Source: Priapulus caudatus
Lineage: Eukaryota
Direction of reading: 5' to 3'
Assembly (NCBI RefSeq): GCF_000485595.1
Contig: NW_014577074.1
Location: 1-38,567, forward strand
Length of the DNA stretch: 38,567 nucleotides
Shown here: one piece after another, positions 23,440 through 36,212 of the stretch
How the letters are laid out: each line of letters begins with the position of its first letter
How positions within the stretch are numbered: the stretch's first letter is position 1
Made by a program: the position numbers and the translations under genes
Notes under the pieces: generated by a model
The model's input: the letters and a program-made list of their open reading frames with translations, nothing else
Database searches by the model: none
Told to the model about the DNA's origin: nothing

Positions 23440-25600
23440 TAGGTTAGGTAGCGTTAGTAGGTAGGTAGGATAGCGTAGGTTAGGTAGGTAGGTAGGTAGG
23501 TAGGGTAGGTAGGTAGGTAGGTAGGTAGAGCTAGTAGGTAGGTAGCGTATAGGTAGGTAGTAGGTAAGGTAAGGTTAGGTAGGTAGGTAGTGTAGGTAGG
23601 TATGGTATGTAGGTAGGTAGTATGGTAGTTAGGTAGGTAGCCGTAGGTAGGTAGGTAGGTAGGTAGGTAGGGAGGTAGGGTAGCGTAGCGTAGGTAGGTA
23701 GGTTTTAGTAGGTAGGTAGGTAGGTAGGTAGGTAGCGTACGTAGGTAGGTAGGTAGTTTAGGTAGGTAGGTAGGTAGGTAGGTAGGTAGGTAGGTAGGTA
23801 GGTCAGGTAGGTAGGTAGGTAGGCCGTAGCGAGGTTTAGGTAGGTAGCGTACAATACCGATGCGTAGGTAGGTAGGTAGGTAGGTAGGCTAGTAGGGTAG
23901 GTAGGTAGGTAGAGTAGCGTAGGTAGCGTTAGGTATGGTAGTGTAGTTGTAGGTAGGTAGGTAGTATGGTAGGTAGATTAGGGTTAGGGTAGGTAGGTAG
24001 GTAGCGTAGGTATGGTAGGTACGCGGGCTGCGGGGTCGGTAGGTAGGTAGGTAGGTTAGGTGGTAGGTAGTTTAGTAGGTTAGGTAGGTAGGTAGGGTAG
24101 GTAGGGTAGGTAGGTAAGGTAGGTAGGTAGGTAAGGTAGGTAGGTAGGTAGGTAGGTATGGTAGGATAGGTAGGGTAGGTAGGTAGGTAAGGTAGGTAGG
24201 TATGGTACGGTAGGTAGGTATTTGTTAGGTAGGTTAGGTAGGTAGGTAGGTAGGTAGGTAGGTAGGTAGGTGGTAGGTAGGTAGCGTAGGTAGGTAGGTT
24301 AGCGTAGGTTAGGTAGGTAGGTAAGGTAGGTTAGGTAGGTAGGTAGGGTAGTTAGGTAGGTATGGTAGGTAGGTATGGTAGGTAGCGTTAGGTAGGGCTA
24401 GGTATGCGTAGGTAGGTGGTAGGATAGGTGGTAGGTAGGTAGGTAGCGTAGGTAGGTAGGTTATGGCTGCTGTAGGTAGTGTAGTGTAGGTAGGTAGCTA
24501 GGTAGGTAGGTAGGCTTAGGTAGGTAGGTAAAGTAGCGTAGGTAGGTAGTAGGTAGGTAGGTAGGGGTTTTTTTTTTTTTTTTTTTTTTTGGTAGGTAGG
24601 TAGGTAGGTAGGTAGGTAGGTAGGTATGGTAGGTAGGTAGGTAAAGGTAGGTAGGGTAGGTAGGTAGGTTAGGGGGCAGGTAGGTAGGTAGTAGGTAGTA
24701 GGTAGCGTAGCGTTTAGGTAGGTAGTGTAGGGTAGGAGGTAGGTAGGTAGGTAAGGGTAGGTTAGGGTAGGTAGGTAGGTAGGTAGCGTAGGTTAGGTAG
24801 GTAGCTAGGTAGGTAGGGTAGGTAGGTATGGTTAGTTAGGTATGGTAGGATAGGTTAGGTTAGAGTAGTAGCGTTGGTAGGCTTAGGTAGCGTAGGTAGG
24901 TAGGTAGGTATGGTAGGCTAGTAGGTAGGTAGGGTAGGTAGGTAGGTAGGTATGGTAGGTAGGTAGGTAGGTAGGTTAGGTAGGTAGGTAGGTAGGCTAA
25001 GCGTAGGTTTAGGTTATGGTTAGGTAGGTAGGTAGTAGGTATGGTTAGGTAGGTAGGTAGGTAGGTAGGTAGGTAGGTTAGGTAGGATAGGTATGGGTTA
25101 GGTAGGTTAGGTAGGTAGGTAGGTAGGTAGTAGCGAAAGTAGGTATTGTAGGTAGTTAGGTCGGTCCGGTAGGTAGGTAGGTAGGTAGGTTAGGTTAGGT
25201 AGTAGGTAGGTTTAGGTAGGTAGGTAGGTAGCGTAGTTAGGTATGGTAGTAGGTAGCGTAGGTAGGTAGGTAGCGTAGGTAGAGTAGGTAGGTATGGTAG
25301 GTAGGTTAGGCTAGGTACGGTAGCGTAGGCTAGGTATGGTAGTGTAGGTAGGTTAGGTAGCGTAGTAGGTAGGCATAAGGTCAGCGTAGTGGTAGGCTGG
25401 TAGGTGGATTAGATGATAGATGGATAGATGGTAATAGCCCAACGGACGGTACGCGATCCACGCCACGGACGGTACGGCGGCACCGACGGAGGACGGTACG
25501 GCACGGGACGGACGGACGTACGGACGACGGACGGACGACGACGGACGGACGAACGGACGGACCAGACATGGACATACGTACATACATAACAGACAGACAG
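23440..25600. repeat. (GGTA)n array (~2 kb, noisy) grading into GATA/GATG, GGAC, CATA and CAGA tetramers
   Basis: GGTA dominant to ~25400; T23 at 24568-24590; GGAC at ~25440-25565. Confidence 0.97.
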
Positions 25601-25601
25601 A

Positions 25602-25874
25602 CTAGTTTCAGGTTGCTTAGGCCCAGATTTGGCGATTGGGGACATGCCGGATAAAAGCATCAAACTTTTTCTATATATACTATCCAGTGCCTTAGGTTTC
25701 AATTTTTGATAGGAGCCACTTCACCAAGATAGAGGGAGGCGGCCATCTTGGATTCTAAGATGGCCGCTATGTAAAAACCTGTAAATGTCAATATCTCGGC
25801 TTCTAGGTCACTTAGGAAGGCAAACTTGGTGTCTAAACACACATTTGCTGGGGTGAGGAATGCAATTAAACTAG
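25602..25874. mobile_element. ~270-bp unique insert within a (CAGA)n tract; probable non-autonomous element or fragment
   Basis: Ends CTAGTTT...AAACTAG are inverted; CAGA repeats on both sides; internal palindrome GCGGCCATCTT-GGATTCT-AAGATGGCCGC (25739-25767). Confidence 0.5.
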
Positions 25875-26008
25875 ACAGGCAGACAGGCAGACAGGCAGGC
25901 AGACAGCCAGACAGACAGACGGACAGACAGTCGGACAGACAGTCGGACAGACAGTCGGACAGACAGTCGGACAGACAGTCGGACAGACAGTCGGACAGAC
26001 CGACAGGC
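25875..26008. repeat. (CAGA/CAGG)n with 12-bp unit CAGTCGGACAGA x6
   Basis: Read directly. Confidence 0.95.
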
Positions 26009-27263
26009 ATGCCGCCACAGAGAGAGAAGGGGGGGAGTGAGACCGGTGCCAGTGCTATCGCTACGTCCAGCGTGTCTGAGAAAAGTCGCGTGCCTGTTTT
26101 CACGAAAGCATATACTCGGTTACGGCCTTTTCGATCGGCACGGCGATGATATGGCGGCTTTTACTGCACGCCAAAGCCGAGCGAAGCCGGTGACGACACC
26201 GACAGTCGACGAGCCCGAGAGTCGCCCTTCCCAAACAGATTCGCAGAATTCCGCGAGTGCGACTCGTGTCAAAGGGTGGTTAAACTAGCGCTCGCGCTCA
26301 CGAGCGAATTTAATAACGTTTCGCTCATAAAAGTTCCATCGAAAACACGCTAGTGGACGTCGCCGCTGCCGCCGTTCCTACGCGCTAGCGAGGCTAATAT
26401 GGTGAGGCCGCGGTTGACACAGCCGCGTGAGCGTCGGCACACGCAAACAGATATTCTGACCGATCGCCCCGAGTGCGCGCGAGACGGCTATACAGATTAA
26501 AGACTCGAAATACCGGGATCTGCGTGAACCGTGCCCCCCCCCCCTCTAACCCGCTTGAGCATTAATCAACATTTCGCCCTTTCGTGCACAAAAGCGGCCG
26601 AGATTAAAAGCACACCGAGTCCACTCGGGGGAGCTCGGCGTAATTGATAAAGAAGGGGGCGACAGCGGAGAAAAGGGGACTGCCAGCAGATTCACGGCTG
26701 CCTTTCTCCGCGATGGTCTTTATAAGAACACATTCAGCCCTAGTCGCGAGCCGCACGAAGGAAAGCGAACGAATATGAAACAATATGGCGGCATATAAAG
26801 CCGCAATAAGAACGCCGGTCGTTGAGTGGCCAACCGGACGCGACCTCGCAGCCTCAATCGACTGCGTCGCTTGCGTTGTTGGTCCGCACACGTCGGCTTG
26901 CGACGTCCGCGCAGAACGAGGATCAAAGCCGGCCGACGCTCCTCCCCTCGCGATTTAGCTGATGAAGCGATCTGATTGCATATTCATAATGCCCCGCCGA
27001 TATCGCGTCGTCGGAAAAGGTGCGCGGAGAGGGCTTACGGCCTGGAAACGTGCGGCGGTGACGTGACGCACATACTCTACATACGTCGTGTTACTGTAGA
27101 CGCCTAGCCAGCTAGTGCTAGACGCGGCATCGTGCGCAGCTTCCCGCGCGCTGCCTGTAGCAAATCTACGCGCAGCATGATTACTACATCTGAATCAAAA
27201 CAGCGATACGGTTGCGATGAATACACACATGCATCGCGAAGCTGCGCACGTGCCTTTTCAGGA

Positions 27264-27264
27264 T

Positions 27265-27328
<64 letters not shown>
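27264..27328. repeat. (TA)n microsatellite
   Basis: Read directly. Confidence 0.97.
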
Positions 27329-27333
<5 letters not shown>

Positions 27334-27732
27334 GAGACAAATCAAACTGTATTTATATCACCCCGAAAGGCGATTATATACACACATTATACGTGTGTAG
27401 GCGACGCGTTGAAACTGTTGAGAAATTAATTAAAATCTTCTCCGTAATCACGCATATCGGCCAGCTTTTGTTAGATCCGGAATATTGACTCGAGAGCAAA
27501 GACCTCTAGCTAGTACAGCTTCTATCTCGGCTATATGCGCGCACGCGTATCTCCGTAAGCCAGCGAAATATGCAGCTCTAAGCGCTGGGATTTCAAAGAC
27601 CGATATATCTTGTTTCATCTCTTTCGCCGACACTCTCTCTGTGTGCGTTCCGCCGAGAAGTTAGCCTATACGGGTAGATAGAGGGGCCGATAGCGGACTG
27701 CGTCGCAATCTTTGCAATATTGCATCGCGCCC

Positions 27733-27796
27733 GTGTGTATGTAGGTGCATGCGTGCGTGTGTGATTATAGAAGTGTGTGCGAGCGCGTGTGTGTGT

Positions 27797-27831
<35 letters not shown>

Positions 27832-27942
27832 GTGCGTGCGTGCGTGCGTGTGTTGTTGTGTGTATGTGTGTGTGTGTGTGTGTTGTGTGTGTGTGTGTGT
27901 GTGCGTGTGTATGTATGTGTGTGTGTGTGTGCGCGCGCGTGT
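27733..27942. repeat. Imperfect (TG)n/(TGCG)n tract
   Basis: Read directly. Confidence 0.93.
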
Positions 27943-28254
27943 AGTGGTGGGGAGGGTAATATAAATCACGACATACGTACAATAGTCGCGATGCGACATA
28001 TGTTATGGTCTCTACCTTATGCTGCTGTACCGAACTCCTCAGCTAGCCGTGGCCACGTTAAGTGCTCATCCGCTGACTCCCTGATCCCTTGTACATTGTA
28101 TGAATGTTGCTCTCGGCTGCATGCATGACTTTTTAATGCAGTATTGATCATTTGTTGTGATGAAAATGTGCAAAGAATCTGAAGCGAAGCTATGAAAGAA
28201 ATGGTAACGTCCCTACGGGCTGCCGTTGTGGAATTGTTCGCATGCGTATGTGCG

Positions 28255-29398
28255 AATTACGACTGTTTTGCCGTGCGAACCGTTCAAGGCTCTTTACCGT
28301 GTTAGTAGTAAAGATGTGTCCCCATACTGTGCACGCGTTAGTGTGTGAGTTCGTGCGTGCGTGCGTGTATACGTACGTGTGTGTATGTGTGGGTATGAGT
28401 TTTTATGTGTGTGCGTACGTGGGTGAATGGTCGTTTGCGTTTGCGTGTGCGTGTCTGCCTGTCGGTCTCAGTCTGTCTTCTCCGTCTTTTTGCAGCTATA
28501 TCTTTTTCGTCTCGTCTCTTTCTCTTTCTTTCCTCTTTTTTCACTCCGACTATCCTCGTCAACACGCTCTATTTCACTCACACTCTCTCGCTTGCTCACT
28601 ATTGCACCCTCTCTCAATCTCTCATTCCCGCTCTCCCTTCTCGAAAGCAGGTGTTTGAGTAACATAATCGGATTACTTTTGGAATTAACATTGATTGATC
28701 AAAGCTCGTCCTTGAACTGATTACCCGACGCCAGCGCAACGATTTTCAGGGAAAATCGACTACGCGTTGGTCACCCTTTGCGGAATATACCCGAGGCTTC
28801 GCGCCCCGCCGTGCGAGCGTGAAGGATTTATAAACTTGTATATCTCTGTACTGCGGCAGCATGTTCGCGCACCTACAGCGGAGTGCGTACAGCCAACTCC
28901 TCGCCTCATCGCCGCGTTTCAGGTTGAAGCTGTAAGCCGCTCCGTCACTCCGTCGCTATTTTCGCATCTCTCGTCGAGACCTCCTCGAGTTTATTGTAGC
29001 TTTTTCAGCGTGAAAGCGGCGGGGACGATCATCAGTGGCGTGTTGCGCAAACTGCCACGTACGCTCATCGGTCAACCGCCGACTGATTGTACAGCATTAC
29101 GTGAAATTGATGCTTACTGGATAAACAGGCGCATTGCCGACTTACTAGCGATTTCGTCGATCGTGTGAAATCTCGCTCGCAAATAATATAGAGAGAGATG
29201 CCGATGAACGTATAGATGCACATCGCGTGCTACTTTATAATTTCCGCAAAGATTTTCGAGTGAACAGAGTAGATCTACGATTGTGAAAAGAAGCATCCGG
29301 TATGTAAATTTAACGAAGAGCGTGATTCATTCTCTCGCCAACACTTGCCCCTTTGTGTGTGTGTGGGCGGCTGCGTGCGTGCGTGCCGCGCGCGCTGC

Positions 29399-29431
<33 letters not shown>

Positions 29432-30809
29432 GTTTGTGTATGTGTGTGTGTGTGTGTGTGTGAGCGACTGAGCGTGGCGTGCGTGTGTGTGCGTTGCGCC
29501 GCGCTGTGTTGCGTGTGTGTGTGTGTGTGGCGTGTGCGTGTGGTGTGTGTGTGTGTGTGTGTGTGTGCGTGTGTGTTGTGTTGTGTGGGTGGGTGGGTGT
29601 GCCGTGTGCGTGTGCGTGTGTGTGCGCGTGTGTGTGTCACCGCTCTTACTCTCGTCTCGTGCTCTGTATGTGTGTCTGTCTCTTTCTTCCTCGCTCGCTA
29701 TATTTGTGTGGCTCTCTCACCCACTCTCTCAATCTCTCCCATGTTTTTTCTCTCTCACGCACACACACACGTACTCTCCCGCGCGCTCTCCTTCTCACTC
29801 ACGCACACAGAGCTTTCCGTCACCGACTCGCACACATTCACACTTTTTGCCTTCCTTTGCCATACTGCCCGAATGCTCATTCCCGTTGTTTTTCTAGGAT
29901 TTAATTACGTATACATAATATAATGTAGCGTGGCGCGTGCATGACGATACGATAACTTAGACGTTTTGCTTTATGATTAGCAATCTATGGAAGACGAGCT
30001 CCGAGATATCAACTACACAGTTGTTGAATTTGGGACAACTATTGAATCAGTTCTTTATATGCAACAATGTTTTTACCATGATATTTTATGCATCTCGTAA
30101 TGTTAGCTTGCGTTCTTGCTACATAGCATAAAGACGCGACGCGACATAAAGAGCATTAGTCGGACGCGTATCTCGTCTCTTAGTGTAGCTACTGAGCGGA
30201 TTCTCACATGATGCTCGGATCACCTTAGCAAAACAATTTTTTTGAAGAAAAGCCGCAGACGTTTGGCATACTTTGGTTGTGCGTATAGTATGTGAAATAT
30301 GCACATACCGCGTGTGTCACCACTGTTCGACATGTGAGTAGATGTCGGCTAGTAATTAATACAGACGAACCGAATCGACAACTGAAGTCACCGATGATGG
30401 AGTTGCAGCGAAACGTCGAGCCCCGGCATTGAGAAGTGTAGAACATGTTACAAACAAACAAAAAAGTTGCATGGCTATAATTATACACTAGAACATGAAA
30501 TCTAAATTACCGCTCGCAGAATCACAGTGATCACGTTTCTAGACTAGATATATCAGCTTTCGACGTAAGGTGAGCCAGTGTGCATCAAATAGTGATATAC
30601 CTGAACTATAAACTGCATGGAGGGCAACATTACAATTTAAGGATAATCGAGCAAACTCGTGTTGGTATCTCGGAAACACAGCTTAGCGTATATTTGCGTG
30701 TCTTTTCAGAGTGATTTTAACTAGTTCGTAGTGGCAGTGGCAGTGGCAGAGGCAATGGCAGTGACATTGGTGTTGGCATTAGTATTAGAAGTGGCGTGGC
30801 ACTGGCATT
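28255..30809 (+). repeat. Tandem duplication 2, copy A (~2.55 kb)
   Basis: Starts AATTACGACTGTTTTGCCGTGCGAACC and ends ..GTGGCACTGGCATT; collinear with 30811-33465. Confidence 0.97.
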
Positions 30810-30810
30810 A

Positions 30811-31912
30811 AATTACGACTGTTTTGCCGTGCGAACCGTTCAAGGCTCTGTGCCGTGTTAGTAGTAAAGATGTGTTCCCATACTGTACACGCGTTAGTGT
30901 GTGAGTTCGTGCGTGCGTGCGTGTATACGTACGTGTGTGTATGTGTGGGTATGAGTTTTTACGTGTGTGCGTCCGCGGGTGAATGGTCGTTTGCGTTTGC
31001 GTGTGCGTGTTTGCCTGTCGGTCTCAGTCTGCCTTCGCCGTCTTTTTGCAGCTATATCTCTTTCGTCTTGTCTCTTTCTCTTTCTTTCCTCTTTTTTCAC
31101 TCCGACTATCCCTCCGTCACACGCTCTATTTCACTCACACTCTCTCGCTTGCTCACTATTGCACCCTCTCTCCCAATCTCTCATTCCCGCTCTCCCTTCT
31201 CGAAAGCAGGTGTTGAGTAACATAATCGGATTACTTTTGGAATTAACATTGATTGATCAAAGCTCGTCCTTGAACTGATTACCCGACGCCAGCGCCAACG
31301 ATTTTCAGGGAAAATCGACTACGCGTTGGTCACCCTTTGCGGAATATACCGAGGCTTCGCGCCCCCGCCGTGCGAGCGTGAAGGATTATAAACTTGTATA
31401 TCTCTGTACTGCGGCAGCATGTTCGCGCACGTACAGCGAGTGCGTACAGCAACTCCTCGCCTCATCGCCGCGTTTCACGGTTGAAGCTGTAAGCCGCTCC
31501 GTCACTCGTCGCTATTTTCGCATCTCTCGTCGAGACCTCCTCGAAGAGTTTATTGTACGTTTTTCAGCGTGAAAGGCCGGGGGACCGATCATCAGTGCGT
31601 GTTGCGCAAACTGCCACGTACGCTCATCGGTCCAACCGCCGACTGATTGTACAGCATTACGTGAAATTGATGCTTACTGGATAAACAGGCGCGTTGCCGA
31701 CTTACTAGCGATTTCGTCGATCGTGTGAAATCTCGCTCGCAAATAATATAGAGAGAGATGCCGATGAACGTATAGATGCACATCGCGTGCTACTTTATAA
31801 TTTCCGCAAGGATTTTCGAGTGAACAGAGTAGATCTACGATTGTGAAAAGAAAGCATCCGGTATGTAAATTTAAACGAAGAGCCGTGATTCATTCTCTCG
31901 CCAACACTTGCC

Positions 31913-31966
<54 letters not shown>

Positions 31967-33465
31967 CGACTGAGCGGGCTGCGGTCGTGTTGACGTGCCG
32001 CGCGTGTGCGTGTGTTGTGTGTGCTGTGTGCGCTGTGCGTGTGTGTGTGTGACTAGTGTGATGTGTGCGTGTGTGTGGTGTGTGTGGTGGGTGGGTGTGC
32101 GTGTGCGTGTGCGTGTGTGTTTGTGTATGTGTCTGGCGTGTGTGTGTGTGGCGGTGGTGCGTGCGTGCGTGCGGTGCGTGCGTGCGTGCGTGCGTGCGTG
32201 TGTGTGGTGTTGCTGTGTGTCAAGCGCTCTTTACTCTCGTCTCCGTGCTCTGTATGTGTGTCTGTCCCTCTTTCTTCCTACGCTCGCTATATTTGTTGGC
32301 TCTCTCTCACGCCACTCTCTCATCTCTCCCATGTTCTTGTTCTCACTCACGCACACCACCAACTACTCTCAACCCGCGCGTCTCCTTCTTCAACTCACGC
32401 ATCACGAGGCTTTTTCCGTCACGACCGCAGCACATTCACACTCCTTTTGCCTTCGCTTTGCCATATACTGCCGCGAATTGCTAATTCCCCGATGTTTTAC
32501 TAGGATTTAATTACGTATAGCATAATATATAGTAGGCGTTGCGCGTGCATGACGAATACGAATAACTTAGACGTTTTGCCTTGTAATGATTAGGCAATCT
32601 AATGGAAGACAGCTCCGAGAATATCCAACACAGCAGTTGTTGATTTGGGACAACTATTGATCGTTCTTTAATATGCAACAATGTTTATACCAATGATATT
32701 TATGCAATCTCGTAATGTTATGCTTGCGTTCTTGCTAACATTAGCATAAAGACGCGACGCGACATAAAGAGCATTAGTCGACGCGTATCTCGTCTCTAGC
32801 TGTAGCTACTGAGGGCGGATTCACCTGATGCTCAGAGGCGATCACCTATAGCAAAACAATTTTTTGAAGTAAAAGTCTCGCAGTACTTTGTGCTACTTTG
32901 GTTGGCGTAATAGTACTGTGAAACTATGCACATAACCGCGTGTGTCCACCAACCTGTTCGACATGTTAGTAGGATGTATCGCTCAGGTAATTCAATACGA
33001 CGAACGCGAACGACACTTGAGTCACTCGATGAATTGGAAGTTGCAAGGCGAAACGTCGAGCGCCAGCACAACGCATTGATAAGTTGTAGAACATGTACAA
33101 CAAAAAAAAGTTGCATTGCTATAATTATACACTAGATACATAAACATTAAATTACGCGCTCGGCAGAAATCACAGTGATCAAGTTTCTAAGCTAGATATA
33201 TCAGCTTTCGACGTAAGGTGAGACCAGTGTGCATCAAATAGTGATATACGTGAACTTAACTGGCATGGATGCAACATTACAATTTAAGGATAATCGAGGC
33301 AAAACCGTGTTGATCTCGGAAACACAGCTTAGGCGTAATATTTGTCGTGTCCTTTCAAGATGTGATTTAACATAGATTGTGAGTGCAGTGGCAGTGGCAG
33401 AGGCAATGAACAGGAACATTGGTGTTGGCCAATAGTAATTAGAAGTGTGCGTGGCAACTGGCATT
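30811..33465 (+). repeat. Tandem duplication 2, copy B
   Basis: Same start sequence at 30811; insertion-rich after ~31950. Confidence 0.97.
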
Positions 33466-33548
33466 GAGTATTAGGCAGTGCAGAAGGCACCATGGCATTG
33501 GCGGGCATTGGAAAGTGGCTAGTGGGCAGTGGCATTGGCATCGGCAAT
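33380..33548. repeat. Degenerate (TGGCAG/TGGCAT)n hexamer tract (truncated equivalent at 30731-30809)
   Basis: GTGGCAGTGGCAGAGGCAATG.., TGGCATTGGC.. Confidence 0.75.
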
Positions 33549-33957
33549 CGGATGTATATATATATATATAATTTCTGCGCTTAGTGCGCGGCCCAATTGC
33601 GTTTACGCACATGATTCGTGTCAATATAATATGATATTAAGTTGCGTACCATAAGTTCCGATGGATATGCGGTTAAGATTATTTCATTACACGGCACACA
33701 TCTGCGCCTAGTGCTATTGCACTCAGTCAGTAGTCATTCATCAGCGAAGTGGATACACTAGATATTCTATATCTCATATTATCATCTGTTATCCATTAAT
33801 TACCACTCCTAATCTATGTTTTCACTATCACTTGTCTTTTAACTGCTGACTTCCCCATGGTTATTATAATACGACGGAGCGTCACTGTCCTCGATTTTTG
33901 AACGGTCGATATCAGCCCTGCGAGTCCTTGATTTTCTGGAGTACGTCGAGTGTGTGT

Positions 33958-34249
33958 CATGGCCAGAGTACGTAAGCCCTGCCGGGGGGGCAGACTGCGC
34001 CCCTAGATTTTTGGAAGCAAAATTAAAAAAATAAGTGTCTACTAAAAGAGAATTGCGTGAATATAGTCAGAAAAAGCCGTACATGTACTCAAAAGTGCCT
34101 CATATACGCATCTCTTGCGATCTACTGTTTCAAAATTTTAACTGTGGGAGGACCCCCAGACCCCACCCTGTTTCTCCACTCCCCTTCTTGAAATTCTGGA
34201 TCTGCCACTGCCCCCCCCTTACGGAAATTTGGCTCATCTAACGGCCCTG
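33958..34249. mobile_element. hAT-like non-autonomous DNA transposon (MITE), degenerate and possibly composite
   Basis: Termini CATGGCC.. / ..GGCCCTG; subterminal GGGGGGGCAG / CTGCCCCCCC; flanking 8-mers GTGTGTGT / ATGTGTAT (6/8, hAT-sized TSD); internal GGAGGACCCCCAGACCCCC and CTGGATCTGCCACTG resemble animal hAT MITE sequence (from memory, not searched). Confidence 0.55.
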
Positions 34250-34396
34250 ATGTGTATCTAATTTCATGAAGACGCGGACATTAATACGGTGACACGATGA
34301 AGTCCAAATCGTGGATTCTGAATAATAAGATAATCTGTAATAGCACGTTTCATCGACACAGCATGAGTAACGCCGAGCTGTGAATTTCGATTCTTA

Positions 34397-34406
34397 NNNN
34401 NNNNNN

Positions 34407-34457
<51 letters not shown>
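34397..34457. other. 10-N assembly gap followed by (AG)n
   Basis: N at 34397-34406; AG run 34407-34457. Confidence 0.98.
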
Positions 34458-34460
<3 letters not shown>

Positions 34461-34619
34461 GTAAGGTCGCGCGCCCGAATATCGGGAGCGCTGGAATCTG
34501 TACTTATCCGGAGTAGAGGTTGAGAAGGTTGTTTTCGAGCACGGTCTTTGACTTTAGATTTTTGCTCGATGAACAGGCTCGGCCACATTTCCCTCGAAAC
34601 TGTATGTATTTCGGCGCGA

Positions 34620-34625
<6 letters not shown>

Positions 34626-34696
<71 letters not shown>
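34626..34696. repeat. Perfect (TG)n microsatellite
   Basis: Read directly. Confidence 0.98.
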
Positions 34697-34699
<3 letters not shown>

Positions 34700-35079
34700 A
34701 TACATATTATATATGTATTATATGCTCACTATTTTCGAGTTGCACTTGAAACCGGTGCAGAGCTAAAAATATCTCATAAAATCAGATCAGCATTAGCGGC
34801 CGTATGCGCCCGCCAGCTCAATTATCACCCGCGTCCGACACGCGCTGACGTCATTACTTATGCATGCGCACCCTGGCGGTGACTTAGCGTCTCTAACACG
34901 AGCGGATTGGTTTTCGCGGTGATTATGCGATCGCGCGGTCGCCATCGCGACGTGACTCCAATTTCACTAATCGAGGGCGGATAATGTTTGTTCTAGATTA
35001 CGGCCCCGTGTCAGCGTTCGATGCATTACATTATACCCCCCGCGTACGTAGGCCTACCCCTCCCCCGGACGTCCGGTGC

Positions 35080-35505
35080 GGTGTGGGTATGTGCGTGCGC
35101 GTGATTGCCGGTGTGTGCGCGCGTGTGCGTGGTTGCATGTGCGTATGTGAGTTTGTGTGTATGTGCGTTTGTGCGAGTGCGTGATTGCCGGTGTGCGTAC
35201 GTGTGTGCGTGTATGGGTGCGCGCGTGTGCGTGTGCGTGTGGGTGCGCGAGTGTGCTTGCGTGCGTGCGCACATGTGAGCATGTGCGTGTGCATATGTAC
35301 TTATGCACGTGTATGCGTATGTGCGTGTGTACGTGTGTGCGTATGTACGTGTGTACGTTAATGCATATGTGCGTGTGTACGTGTGTGCGTATGTACGTAT
35401 GTACGTGTGTGCGTATGTTCGTATGTTCGTGTGTGCGTATGTACGTATGTACGTGTATGCGTATGTTCGTGTGTACGTGTGTACGTGTGTGTGTATATGC
35501 ATGTG
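35080..35505. repeat. Alternating purine-pyrimidine tract with a 24-bp higher-order unit (GTGTGTGCGTATGTACGTRTGTAC) x7
   Basis: 24-bp units span 35309-35476; GCGTGATTGCCGGTGTG is duplicated 80 bp apart (~35099, ~35179). Confidence 0.88.
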
Positions 35506-35825
35506 GGTCACGGAACGCGTGCAGCGGCTCCATTGTCGCTCTCCCTCACGTGATCGATCACGTGGTGCCTGTGACGCTACGGCGCATCCATGACAACGTT
35601 TTTATCGCGTCGCACGCAAATGCACTTCAGGGATTTTGATGCTGATTCGGGAAATTGCGGAATGATGATTGATGTAATTGTGTCATTCTGTTATGGGCAC
35701 CGCACGATCCTTCATGTATACTCACGGAGTGCGTTACACTCTATTCTCTTCACACTCTTTCACCATGCTGTCGCTCTCGCGCGCTCTCTCTGCCTTTGTC
35801 TTTATTCCATTTATCCTTCTTACAG

Positions 35826-35946
35826 CCATCCATCCAATCATCCATCCATTTTTCCATTCATCCATATAGCCATTCATTCATCAATCAATCAATTAATCCA
35901 TCCCTCCATCCATCCATCTGTCCATCCATCCATCCATCCATCCATC
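35826..35946. repeat. Degenerate (CCAT)n/(TCAA)n tract
   Basis: Read directly. Confidence 0.9.
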
Positions 35947-36165
35947 TACGCGCGCGCTTCTCTCGCACGCGAGCGCATTCGGTGCGTGGTGGCGCTTCAA
36001 CTTGTATCATTTTTCTAAAGCAGGCATGCAGGTTACCATGAGAGAGTGTATTGTAGTAGAAGTAGGAGGCGACGCTCCCTCACAACCTAACCCGCACTCA
36101 CATACGCGCACATTTACTCACGCACTTACACACGTGCGCCGACGCACACACGCACTCACGTTCGC

Positions 36166-36168
<3 letters not shown>

Positions 36169-36212
<44 letters not shown>

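Noticed and set aside
24568..24590. T23 as a retroposon poly(A) tail
   Set aside because: No attached body, and it lies in noisy sequence; comparable T stutter at 9655-9665 is absent from the clean copy.
23440..25400. Arthropod (TTAGG)n telomeric repeat
   Set aside because: The dominant unit is 4-bp GGTA; TTAGG occurs sporadically, like other single-base insertions.
26010..27260. GC-rich unique region as a coding exon or enhancer
   Set aside because: Short open frames with no recognisable domain or supportable splice structure; TAAT/TTTAT motifs alone are insufficient.
29345..29923. Cys/Val-rich ORFs (also 20710-21416, 31995-32510, 35026-35639)
   Set aside because: Translations of TG/TGCG microsatellites.
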